Translations under genes and position numbers: made by a program
Virus record (IMG/VR): IMGVR_UViG_3300043085_000044
Strand: one strand, 5' to 3'
DNA from: an uncultured virus (IMG/VR IMGVR_UViG_3300043085_000044)
Taxonomy: Duplodnaviria; Heunggongvirae; Uroviricota; Caudoviricetes; Crassvirales
DNA: 64,000 nucleotides
In this document: positions 1 to 8,177 of the stretch, piece after piece
Layout of the letters: each line of letters starts with the position of its first letter
Numbering within the stretch: the stretch's first letter is position 1
The notes under the pieces: generated by a model
The model's database searches: none
The model's input: only the letters and a program-made list of their open reading frames with translations
Told to the model about the DNA's origin: nothing

Positions 1-136
1 ATTTGTGAGTTTGATAATAAAGGAAATCGTAAGAAGCCTTAATGGCAGGGAATATTTTTTTCATGGGCAATCAGGAGTGACAAGGATAATTAAATAGGAG
101 CCTTGCTTCTGGTTGCCCTTATTTTTTTATGATAAT

Positions 137-463
137 ATGAATACAAAAAATTTCAAGTTCAACCTCATGGGGGATGAATGGCAGGTGGAGTTTGTGGATA
201 TGATTGAAGATACCGAGAATAAGGATGAGCTTATTTATGGCAGGTGCTTCTTTGATAGCCAGACTATTATGATTGCCAGAAAGAGTGCTAATGGAAAGGA
301 GTTCAGCAACAGAGTCCTCCAGAGAACCCTACTGCATGAGATTACCCATGCTATCTTCGGAGAAGGATGCTATACTGCAAGTAATAATGATGAACCTTTA
401 GTAGAATGGACTGCAAGGTGCTTACAGGATATTTTAAAGGTCGCAGATAAACTCAAGCTATGA
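137..463 (+). CDS. Small HExxH zinc-metallopeptidase-like protein
   Basis: LLHEITHAIF followed by a downstream Glu (DEPLVE); ATG at 137 preferred over TTG at 113. Confidence 0.6.
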   Translation: MNTKNFKFNLMGDEWQVEFVDMIEDTENKDELIYGRCFFDSQTIMIARKSANGKEFSNRVLQRTLLHEITHAIFGEGCYTASNNDEPLVEWTARCLQDILKVADKLKL

Positions 464-1050
464 TGGAGAATTATTTAGGTAGCCACAATACAATGTCATA
501 TTTGAAACCAAAGAAATGGTGGATGAGGCTGTTTAATTGGATTGGGAAATGCCAATCAGAGCCTGTGATGACACAGATAATACATAAAGGTGTACGATTT
601 TTAGACTTCAGAATCAAGATTAAGGATGATGGTAACTACTGCTTTGCACATGGGAAAATTGAGTATCAGGATTCAGTGGAGTGGAGGTTTAATACTATAA
701 ATGCGTACTCTCCAAAAGCTGACCCTATTTTTGCAAGGGTGGTACTTGAGAATCCAAATAAATTCAGCAGGGAGAGATTCTACAACCTCTGCGAGTATTG
801 GAAAGTTAAGTACCCTAATATTGAGTGGCAAGAGGGATTGGTTAAACCGACATTTGAGATTATATATGACTTTGATAAAACTAAGTGCACTTGCAAGGAG
901 GATTATGCTTCTTATCATAATGATAGTAGTCATTATGCTTTATTTCCTTATCTGTATGCTATTCTGCATAATAGGAAAACTAAGAGGGATTACCTGAAGA
1001 ATCCTAAGCATAACTTCTTGATGATTGATTTCGTGAATGTGGGTAAGTGA
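460..1050 (+). CDS. PI-PLC X-domain-like phosphodiesterase
   Basis: YLGSHNTMSY, GVRFLDFRI and FAHG match the bacterial PI-PLC X-box pattern with both catalytic His positions; ATGA overlap with the upstream gene. Confidence 0.65.
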   Translation: MMENYLGSHNTMSYLKPKKWWMRLFNWIGKCQSEPVMTQIIHKGVRFLDFRIKIKDDGNYCFAHGKIEYQDSVEWRFNTINAYSPKADPIFARVVLENPNKFSRERFYNLCEYWKVKYPNIEWQEGLVKPTFEIIYDFDKTKCTCKEDYASYHNDSSHYALFPYLYAILHNRKTKRDYLKNPKHNFLMIDFVNVGK

Positions 1051-1068
1051 TTATCCACATTTTTTTTT
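1036..1068 (+). terminator. Intrinsic terminator
   Basis: aatgtgggtaa-gtga-ttatccacatt hairpin followed by a T run, overlapping the stop of the PLC-like gene. Confidence 0.7.
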
Positions 1069-1096
1069 GCCCTAAAGAAAAATAATTACAAAAATA

Positions 1097-1128
1097 TTTG
1101 CGTATTTAAAGTATTTTACTTATCTTTG
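1097..1128 (+). promoter_or_regulatory. Bacteroidota sigmaA-type promoter
   Basis: TTTG at 1097-1100, 20-nt spacer, TATCTTTG at 1121-1128 (TAnnTTTG consensus). Confidence 0.75.
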
Positions 1129-1151
1129 CCGCATAATTAAAAATTTATATT

Positions 1152-1346
1152 ATGGAAGAAACTATTGAAACTTGTATGACTCCTGAGTTGGAAGACCATC
1201 TTGTTAGACAGTATATGCAGCAGATGGTTAGTTTGAGTGTAGTAATCAAGGATATTGTTGAGCGTCATGGGCTTCATAAGGATAAAGATGTTAAGTCTTA
1301 TGTCAAGCTGCTCAAACAGGCACTTAAATTTGCAGAGGCAAAATGA
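1152..1346 (+). CDS. Hypothetical protein (64 aa)
   Basis: ATG-started ORF directly after the promoter, with AT-rich leader. Confidence 0.7.
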   Translation: MEETIETCMTPELEDHLVRQYMQQMVSLSVVIKDIVERHGLHKDKDVKSYVKLLKQALKFAEAK

Positions 1347-1510
1347 GAAAATTTGCAGTAGCATTAGCTAATAATGACAGGCATCTTGTTCAGATTGTAA
1401 ATCAATTAGAAATCAAGCAAGATGACATTGTTCTGCTTGAGCAAGTACGAGGGTCTGTTGGTTATAAGATATTTTACTACAAGGATGATGGAGCGGAAAC
1501 TCAAACCTGA
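1343..1510 (+). CDS. Hypothetical protein (55 aa), absent from the ORF track
   Basis: MRKFAVALANNDRHLVQIVNQLEIKQDDIVLL...IFYYKDDGAETQT*; ATGA overlap with the upstream stop; fills the gap between genes. Confidence 0.65.
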   Translation: MRKFAVALANNDRHLVQIVNQLEIKQDDIVLLEQVRGSVGYKIFYYKDDGAETQT

Positions 1511-1694
1511 GTATGATGATGAACCCATCTTTTATTGCAAAGATTGTTTATCCCTGAGAGTTCGGGATGCTGGTTCACTAAATCTCCTTTACTGTGAGGA
1601 TTGTTCCAACACTGATATAGGAGAAACCACTATTGATAAGTGGGTACAGATGTACGAAGATAAATATGGTTTTAATTATTTAACTGGATATTAA
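1485..1694 (+). CDS. Zn-ribbon protein
   Basis: YCKDC...YCEDC double CxxC; start moved to 1485 because the 55-aa ORF occupies 1343-1510. Confidence 0.65.
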   Translation: MMERKLKPEYDDEPIFYCKDCLSLRVRDAGSLNLLYCEDCSNTDIGETTIDKWVQMYEDKYGFNYLTGY

Positions 1695-1698
1695 AAAA

Positions 1699-1968
1699 AT
1701 GGAAGAGAAGAAACTTAGCTACGAGGAATTGAACAATGTATGTATGCAGCTTAGCGAACAGAATGAACGCATGAAAGCTCATATTGAGAACCTTAACCGC
1801 CAGCAGATGTTTGCTCGTCTGGAATTTCTATTCAAGGTTCTTGAGTGCGGAGCTTCATTCCCAGTGGAAATTTTCGAGAAAACTGTTAAGGAGATTTCGG
1901 AGATTATGTATCCTACTCCTGCTCCTGTGGCAGTCGAGGATAAAGCTGAATCAGAAACAGAGGCTTAG
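1699..1968 (+). CDS. Hypothetical coiled-coil protein
   Basis: 89-aa ORF tightly packed in the operon. Confidence 0.7.
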   Translation: MEEKKLSYEELNNVCMQLSEQNERMKAHIENLNRQQMFARLEFLFKVLECGASFPVEIFEKTVKEISEIMYPTPAPVAVEDKAESETEA

Positions 1969-1970
1969 TT

Positions 1971-2354
1971 ATGAGGGGGGTAGACAAAGTAATTCCAATA
2001 CCCTCCTCTTTAGAAAAGAATTTCTTTCGCTATTGGTTGGAATTTCTAAGGCCTGTTCATAATTTAACTGACAGAGAAATTGACATAGCTGCTTGCTTCT
2101 TGAAAAAGAGATATGAGCTTTCAAAGAAGATTAGTGACAGCAATCTGCTTGACCAAATTCTGATGAATGAGGACACTAAGAAGCAGATTAGAACTGAATG
2201 TAATATTTCTCTCCAGCATTTTCAGATTATCATTGGTAAACTTAGAAAGAACAAAATCATAGTAAATAACACTATTAATCCTCGACTTATCCCTAAGATT
2301 AATGAGGAAAATAACAGTGCTCATTTGCTTTTATATTTTGATTTGAAGCCATGA
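1971..2354 (+). CDS. Hypothetical protein, possible helix-turn-helix
   Basis: LTDREIDIAA...ISLQHFQIIIGKLRKN helical pattern; operon packing. Confidence 0.55.
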   Translation: MRGVDKVIPIPSSLEKNFFRYWLEFLRPVHNLTDREIDIAACFLKKRYELSKKISDSNLLDQILMNEDTKKQIRTECNISLQHFQIIIGKLRKNKIIVNNTINPRLIPKINEENNSAHLLLYFDLKP

Positions 2355-2662
2355 AGTCGGAAATAGAAAAGCTCGCTAAAGAACTTGGGTTAGAACCTAA
2401 TACTGTCAAGAAAGTGTACAGTGCTTATTGGTTGAAGATTAAGCAACATATAGAGAAACAAGATATTAAGGAATCCAATATTGAGGATTTAAGCCTTGAG
2501 GAATTTCAAAACCTCAGAAGTAGTATAAATATATCTTCCTTGGGCAAACTGTACACTTCTCCTGATATTATTAAGAGAGTGAAAAGAAGATTTGAGAACA
2601 TCAAGAAAATCAAGAAGTTTTATGAGGATAATGAAAGTAAAAGCAATCAAGCCTCTGTTTAA
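2351..2662 (+). CDS. Hypothetical basic protein, possibly HU/IHF-like
   Basis: KLAKELGLEPNTVKKV...SINISSLGKL pattern; ATGA overlap. Confidence 0.5.
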   Translation: MKSEIEKLAKELGLEPNTVKKVYSAYWLKIKQHIEKQDIKESNIEDLSLEEFQNLRSSINISSLGKLYTSPDIIKRVKRRFENIKKIKKFYEDNESKSNQASV

Positions 2663-3056
2663 CAGCATCATTGTTACTGCCGAGAAATATGAGGAAGATG
2701 CTACAAAGAATGGAATCATTGATGCTTCAAAGCAGCAGGGAACATTGAAAGAAAACCAGATGGTTATTGCAGTTGGTTCAGCGGTAAGGGATATCAATGT
2801 TGGAGATATAGTCAACATTAACCCTATCAGATATGCTGTTAAGAAGTATGACAAAGACTCCATTAGACAGGATGTTGCTGGTGGAAATCCTATTGTAGGT
2901 TATCAATTTGACTTTGTTGAAATCAATGGTGAGGAGCATCTTCACCTCCAGGATAGGGATATCAACTATGTCATTACTGCCTTTGAGGAGGAGGAGGTTG
3001 AACTTCCCAAGCAAGCATCCACAATTATAATGCCCCCAACAGATATTATTGTTTAA
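2622..3056 (+). CDS. groES: Phage co-chaperonin GroES-like protein
   Basis: IKPLFNSIIV...TKNGII...VIAVGSAVRDINVGDIV...DRDI follows the Cpn10 pattern. Confidence 0.75.
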   Translation: MRIMKVKAIKPLFNSIIVTAEKYEEDATKNGIIDASKQQGTLKENQMVIAVGSAVRDINVGDIVNINPIRYAVKKYDKDSIRQDVAGGNPIVGYQFDFVEINGEEHLHLQDRDINYVITAFEEEEVELPKQASTIIMPPTDIIV

Positions 3057-3063
3057 TAAATCC

Positions 3064-3090
3064 AAGCCTATCCTTCGGGGTGGGCTTTTT
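3064..3090 (+). terminator. Intrinsic terminator
   Basis: aagcctatcc-TTCG-gggtgggctt hairpin plus T run. Confidence 0.8.
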
Positions 3091-3098
3091 AGTTATAT

Positions 3099-3662
3099 AT
3101 GCACTTAATAGAATACATACAATACGAAATTAAGCCTACTCAGGAGGCCTTCCTGATTAAGCCTATAAGAGATCTATACAACAAGGATAAAACCAAGAAT
3201 AAGGAGAAATTTATGCAGCAATTGTCAATTCTCTACTTCCTGGTTGACCCTCGCAGTAGTTATAGCTATATAGTATCTGAGGAAGAAAGATTCAGGGAAA
3301 TCCTCAAACAGGAGGGATTACCGCTTGACTTCAAAATAGAGAAAGACCTCAAGGAAGCTATTGACATATATAAGGCTCATATTATTACCAGTAGCTACAA
3401 GCTACTTCAAAGCACTAAGATTGCCGTAGATAAGCTCTCTGAGTTTCTTGAGAATATTGACCTATATGATGTTGATGATAAGGGTAAGCCTAAATATACA
3501 ATCAATTCTATAACCCAAGCTATCAGGCAAGTTCCTCAGCTTGCAAAGGATGTAATAGAGGCTGAGAGAATTGTAACTAAGGAAATTGAGGAAGAAGGTA
3601 GAGCAAGAGGAGGAAACGAGAAAACTTTATTTGATGATGGATTTAAACGCTATAACGGTTAA
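3099..3662 (+). CDS. Conserved phage protein, probable terminase small subunit
   Basis: 187-aa helical protein immediately upstream of, and overlapping the start of, TerL. Confidence 0.5.
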   Translation: MHLIEYIQYEIKPTQEAFLIKPIRDLYNKDKTKNKEKFMQQLSILYFLVDPRSSYSYIVSEEERFREILKQEGLPLDFKIEKDLKEAIDIYKAHIITSSYKLLQSTKIAVDKLSEFLENIDLYDVDDKGKPKYTINSITQAIRQVPQLAKDVIEAERIVTKEIEEEGRARGGNEKTLFDDGFKRYNG

Positions 3663-6600
3663 ACTCAATGAATTTCAATCCACTCCTGAGGAGCTTGAGT
3701 TATTTTCATATCCTACTGAGGTTCAGGAGCAATTCTATGAGTTTGTAAATACAGTGCCTTTTATCAAGTACCTCATAGGAGATAGGCCCAGAGCTAAGGA
3801 TTTAGAGAGGGATGAAAAAGGCAGAATCAAGGTTGACATAACCAGACCTCATATACTTGAAGATATGGATTACTTCAGGCAAGCGGCTATCTTCTACCAG
3901 AAGAATGGATGCTATACTTTCCTGAGGCCCAATCCAAATCCTAATAGTGAATATGGTAAATGGTGCTATGAGGAAATCAGAAGATGCAGAGAGGGTTATG
4001 TAAGAGAAAGTGATGGAGAATGGATTCCTGGCAGCTTGTATTTCTTTTTGAATTATTGTCCTATCCCTCAAACTAAAACAGTTAAAGGCTCTAAGAGAGG
4101 TGCTCGTGTTATTGACTTTCCTGAGTTCTGGGAGGGTATTTATTGGCGTATGCACTACATAGAACAAGCAAGAGAGCAAGGAAAACATGGGTGTGAAATC
4201 TCCAGTCGTGGAAAGGCTCATCCATATTCTCAGGTAGTTTACACTCCTTCAGGATGTAAATCATGGGGCGAGATTAAGATTGGTGACACTTTGTTTGGAG
4301 ACGATGGAAAGCCAACTACTGTAATAGATATTCCTTATGATGGTTTTTTGGATATTTACAAGATTACATTAAAAGATGGCAGAACAGTAGAAGCCTCAGG
4401 AAATCACTTGTGGAAAGTATGGAGGCAATACAGTCATTGCTTCAAAACTCTAACTACAGAGGAAATGATGACTGATTTTGCAAAAAAGAGAAGTAAATCA
4501 GAGCGTAATCCAAATGGAGTTGAGTTTAATTATAAGATTCCAAACCATAAGGGCGCGGATTTTAATGAGCAAGAAGTTCCAATAGACCCATATACAATGG
4601 GATTATTGCTTGGGGATGGCAGCTTTAGAACATACAAACTCAGGAACTCATTCTACTATACTTCTGAGGAAGTAGATATGGAAACTTATAAAGGACTAAT
4701 TCCATACCCTATAAGGAGGATGAAAAACTACTTGCAATACTACATAGACTTTCCTGATGCAAGAGGAGTCCTTGAAAAACTTGGATTGTACATGAAGAAA
4801 TCAGAGGGAAAATTTATTCCTGATTGTTACATCTTTAATTCAAGAAAAGTAAGACTAAACCTGCTCAAGGGGATTATGGATGCAGATGGATTTGTAGACA
4901 ACAATGGCATCCCTATTATTGGAGTCTCATCCAAGAGGCTTGCTGATAATATAGCTTTCCTTGCAAGGAGCCTTGGATATAATTGCTTGCAGAGCGTAAA
5001 ACCATCTGGCTATAAGGATAAGAATGGAGATTTTAAGCAATGCCTTAATTCTCACATAGTTAGAATTTATACTAATGATAAGATTTTCAATCTCAAAAGA
5101 AAGTATGAATTACTAACAAATTTTGAATCCACATATAGCAGAAGCAATAGAGATTGGTCTACAATTGTCAATATAGAATGGAGTCACAAGGAGAGATGCA
5201 AATGCGTAACTGTTGATAATAATTCATCGTGTTATCTGATTGGAGATTTTATTACCACTCATAACAGCAAATCACTCTCAATGGCTGCAATAATGGCTAA
5301 ACTGTTTGTTTTGGGTGAATCTGATGAAATCTGTGAAAGGGTAAAATGTATGGCTACAGCTTACCAGAAACAGTATCTTACATCTGATGGAATCCTGAAT
5401 AAATTTGAGGCTTATATTGACTTCCTTGCCCAGAATACCCAATGGCCAAGCAAGAGATTGAAATCTTCAATGGCAGATATGACTTGGACTATGGGTTATA
5501 GAGACCTTGATACTGGGACAGCTAAAGGAACTCTTAATGAGGTTTATGGTGTATCAGCTAAAGATGACCCTTCTAAAGTTCGTGGTAAGCGTTTGCATTT
5601 TATAGTCATTGAGGAGTTTGGTTCATTCAAAAATGTGCTTGAGCTTTATAATATTATGATTCCATCTGTGCAGGAGGGTGAATATTCATTCGGCCAGATG
5701 TACTTGATTGGGTGTTGCTGTGCAGGTACTAAGGTCTGGACTCCTGACGGAAGATATATCAACATTGAAGACCTGAAAAAAGAAGATGGTATTATAGGTT
5801 ATTCTAAGTATGGATTTATAAAGGACTCAATTGGAACTTATGCCAATGGAATTACAGTAGAGCCAATAGGTCAGGTCATAAGGAAAGGATTAAAGCCTTG
5901 CTATAGAATAACTACATCTAACGGAAATTCAATAGAGTGCTCTGAAGACCATCCTATATTGATTCAGAAGCTGTTTAATCCAAGAAACAAGAAAGACCCC
6001 TCAAAAAGAATGAGGAGCTATTATGAGGTTTTCAAGGAAGCCAAATATTTGAAAATTGGAGATAGGGTTTGTGAGGCAAGAGAGATTAAGGCCTTTGGGG
6101 AATCAACTTTGTTTGATGCCCGATTGGTTGGAATGCTCATTGGTGATGGAACTTATGGATTTGACAATACCCCGGTATTTAGCTCAGAAGATGAGGAATT
6201 GTTGAATTACATTAAGGATTCATATGACTGGAGTCTTAGTGCTGGACACAAAAGTAAAAAGGGTAAGAATTATGAGGAAATTAGGGTCAAAGGAATCTGC
6301 CCTGAATTACGCAAAATAGGAGTTTATTGGCAAACCAAAGCTAAAAAGAGGCTTCCTGATAATTACCAGACTCTTACATATGAAGATACAATACTCCTTC
6401 TTTCAGGATTAATAGATACTGATGGTTGCGTATTTTTCAACAAACTCAATTCGTCTGTAGCTATAACTCAAAGCCACAGAGAGATACTTGAGGAAATTCA
6501 GTTTCTACTCAGGAAAATAGGTGTATTATCTTCTATCCATAAAACTGAACCAAGAATCAGAAAAGATAGAAAAGATAAGAATCCTTGGTACACGTTGACT

Positions 6601-8067
6601 TGCGCAGGTAGGTTTAATATTGAATACCTATATAAGCACCTTATGCTTCTTGTACCACACAAGGCTAAAAACTTGGAGAAGGCTTATAACTGGTATCAAG
6701 ATAATCCATCTAAGGTTCCGCAAAATTTTAGCAAAGATTTGATAGTCAACAAAATAACATCTATTGAATATCTTGGAGAAAAGGAAGTGTATAACCTATC
6801 TTCATGCGTATCTCACACTTATTTAGCTAATAACATTATAACACACAATACTGCGGGTGATGATGAATCAGACTTCTCAGGGGCTGCTGAGATTGTATAT
6901 AATCCTAACGGTTACAGGATGTTAGCTCTAAATAATGTGTTTGATATAGAGGGCAGAGGAAGGCCTACAATAACATTCTTCTTCCCTGGATACATCAATA
7001 GAAAAGGGTGCTATGATAAAAATGGAAACTCAGATGTAACAAAGGCTATTCTTGAAATCCTCGCAGATAGATTTAGGATTAAGTATAACTCAAGTGATAT
7101 TAACTCCATTACCAAAGCTATTGCCGAAATCCCTATTACCCCTCAGGAAGCAATCCTAAGAACTCAGGGTAATATATTTCCTGTTGCACCACTTACTGAG
7201 AGGTTAAATCAGCTTGATGCTAATCCAAGTGAATATAATGATGTTCTTACTGGAACCGTTATTATTGAGAAAAATGGGGAAGCTAAATTCATTCCTACGA
7301 GTGATATTCCCATAAGGGAATACCCTGTAAAGAAAGATAATAGTATTAAGGGGGCGGTCGAGATTTTCCAAATGCCTGAAAAGAATCCACAAGGACAGCC
7401 TTATGCAGACAGGTATATCATAGGCCACGACCCTGTAGACCATGATGTTGCTGATTCAGTGTCACTTACATCTACCATAGTGCTTGATTTATTCACTGAT
7501 AGAATAGTGGCTGAATATACAGGAAGGCAGGATTATGCTGATGAGAACTTTGAAATAGTTAGAGCCTTATGCTTACTCTACAATGCCAAGTGCCTTTATG
7601 AGCAAAATAAGAAAGGTATATTCGCCTATTTCTCAGCACACAATTGTACCCACCTACTTGCTGATACACCTGAATATCTAAGAGATAAGCAATTAATTAA
7701 GTTTACTGGCTATGGTAATACAGCAAAGGGTGTAAATGCAACTTTGCCTATTAACAAGTATGCTGATGACTTAATCAGGAATTGGCTCTTAAAACCAGTT
7801 ACTACTACTATCAAGGATGGAGATGAAGAAAAAGAGGTAACTGTAAGCAACCTGTTCTTCATCCGTAATAGGGCTTTACTTAAAGAGCTTATTCTATGTA
7901 ATCCTGATATAAACGTAGACCGAGTTAGGGCTTTAGGTATGGCTATGCTATACAGGGAAGAAAAGATGATTCTATATCAGGGAAATGTGGCCAGTAGAGA
8001 CAGTAGGCCTATGGGTAGTGGGCTTGCGCATGACCCATTTTTTGAGAGTAATTATGATGGTCAGTAA
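3634..8067 (+). CDS. terL: Terminase large subunit precursor with two inteins (about 748 aa after splicing)
   Basis: Walker A region SRGK|SKS, Walker B VIEE, coupling motif G|TAG, nuclease motif IIGHDPVD; ATG at 3634 preferred over TTG at 3586; lies upstream of portal. Confidence 0.92.
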   Translation: MMDLNAITVKLNEFQSTPEELELFSYPTEVQEQFYEFVNTVPFIKYLIGDRPRAKDLERDEKGRIKVDITRPHILEDMDYFRQAAIFYQKNGCYTFLRPNPNPNSEYGKWCYEEIRRCREGYVRESDGEWIPGSLYFFLNYCPIPQTKTVKGSKRGARVIDFPEFWEGIYWRMHYIEQAREQGKHGCEISSRGKAHPYSQVVYTPSGCKSWGEIKIGDTLFGDDGKPTTVIDIPYDGFLDIYKITLKDGRTVEASGNHLWKVWRQYSHCFKTLTTEEMMTDFAKKRSKSERNPNGVEFNYKIPNHKGADFNEQEVPIDPYTMGLLLGDGSFRTYKLRNSFYYTSEEVDMETYKGLIPYPIRRMKNYLQYYIDFPDARGVLEKLGLYMKKSEGKFIPDCYIFNSRKVRLNLLKGIMDADGFVDNNGIPIIGVSSKRLADNIAFLARSLGYNCLQSVKPSGYKDKNGDFKQCLNSHIVRIYTNDKIFNLKRKYELLTNFESTYSRSNRDWSTIVNIEWSHKERCKCVTVDNNSSCYLIGDFITTHNSKSLSMAAIMAKLFVLGESDEICERVKCMATAYQKQYLTSDGILNKFEAYIDFLAQNTQWPSKRLKSSMADMTWTMGYRDLDTGTAKGTLNEVYGVSAKDDPSKVRGKRLHFIVIEEFGSFKNVLELYNIMIPSVQEGEYSFGQMYLIGCCCAGTKVWTPDGRYINIEDLKKEDGIIGYSKYGFIKDSIGTYANGITVEPIGQVIRKGLKPCYRITTSNGNSIECSEDHPILIQKLFNPRNKKDPSKRMRSYYEVFKEAKYLKIGDRVCEAREIKAFGESTLFDARLVGMLIGDGTYGFDNTPVFSSEDEELLNYIKDSYDWSLSAGHKSKKGKNYEEIRVKGICPELRKIGVYWQTKAKKRLPDNYQTLTYEDTILLLSGLIDTDGCVFFNKLNSSVAITQSHREILEEIQFLLRKIGVLSSIHKTEPRIRKDRKDKNPWYTLTCAGRFNIEYLYKHLMLLVPHKAKNLEKAYNWYQDNPSKVPQNFSKDLIVNKITSIEYLGEKEVYNLSSCVSHTYLANNIITHNTAGDDESDFSGAAEIVYNPNGYRMLALNNVFDIEGRGRPTITFFFPGYINRKGCYDKNGNSDVTKAILEILADRFRIKYNSSDINSITKAIAEIPITPQEAILRTQGNIFPVAPLTERLNQLDANPSEYNDVLTGTVIIEKNGEAKFIPTSDIPIREYPVKKDNSIKGAVEIFQMPEKNPQGQPYADRYIIGHDPVDHDVADSVSLTSTIVLDLFTDRIVAEYTGRQDYADENFEIVRALCLLYNAKCLYEQNKKGIFAYFSAHNCTHLLADTPEYLRDKQLIKFTGYGNTAKGVNATLPINKYADDLIRNWLLKPVTTTIKDGDEEKEVTVSNLFFIRNRALLKELILCNPDINVDRVRALGMAMLYREEKMILYQGNVASRDSRPMGSGLAHDPFFESNYDGQ
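4216..5265 (+). mobile_element. Intein 1 (350 aa), Ala1 class-3 type, with LAGLIDADG homing endonuclease
   Basis: Starts AHPYSQVVYTPSG, block B ASGNHLW, LAGLIDADG motifs LLLGDGS and GIMDADG, block F CKCVTV, ends ITTHN|S. Confidence 0.88.
5713..6849 (+). mobile_element. Intein 2 (379 aa), canonical Cys1 class 1, with LAGLIDADG homing endonuclease
   Basis: Starts CCCAGTKVWTPDG, block B CSEDHPI, motifs MLIGDGT and GLIDTDG, block F VYNLS, ends ITHN|T. Confidence 0.9.
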
Positions 8068-8087
8068 ATTTAGTAAAAAACTTTATG

Positions 8088-8143
8088 AGTAAAATAATCC
8101 CATTTATGCTTATTGTGTGGATGGGATTTTTTACTTACCTTTG
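8088..8143 (+). promoter_or_regulatory. Inverted repeat (possible terminator) overlapping a Bacteroidota-type promoter for portal
   Basis: Arms 8088-8103 and 8121-8135; ATTG at 8112-8115, 20-nt spacer, TACCTTTG at 8136-8143. Confidence 0.65.
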
Positions 8144-8177
8144 CGGCTGAAATGTTAAACTAAAGTAAGAGAAGAAT

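Noticed and set aside
1..112. 3' end of an upstream gene
   Set aside because: Two short frames are possible and neither can be chosen from the sequence
3586..3633. TTG/GTG-extended starts (3586, also 113, 2592, 28082, 36396, 49843)
   Set aside because: Downstream ATGs with AT-rich leaders fit better; some extensions overlap promoters or upstream genes
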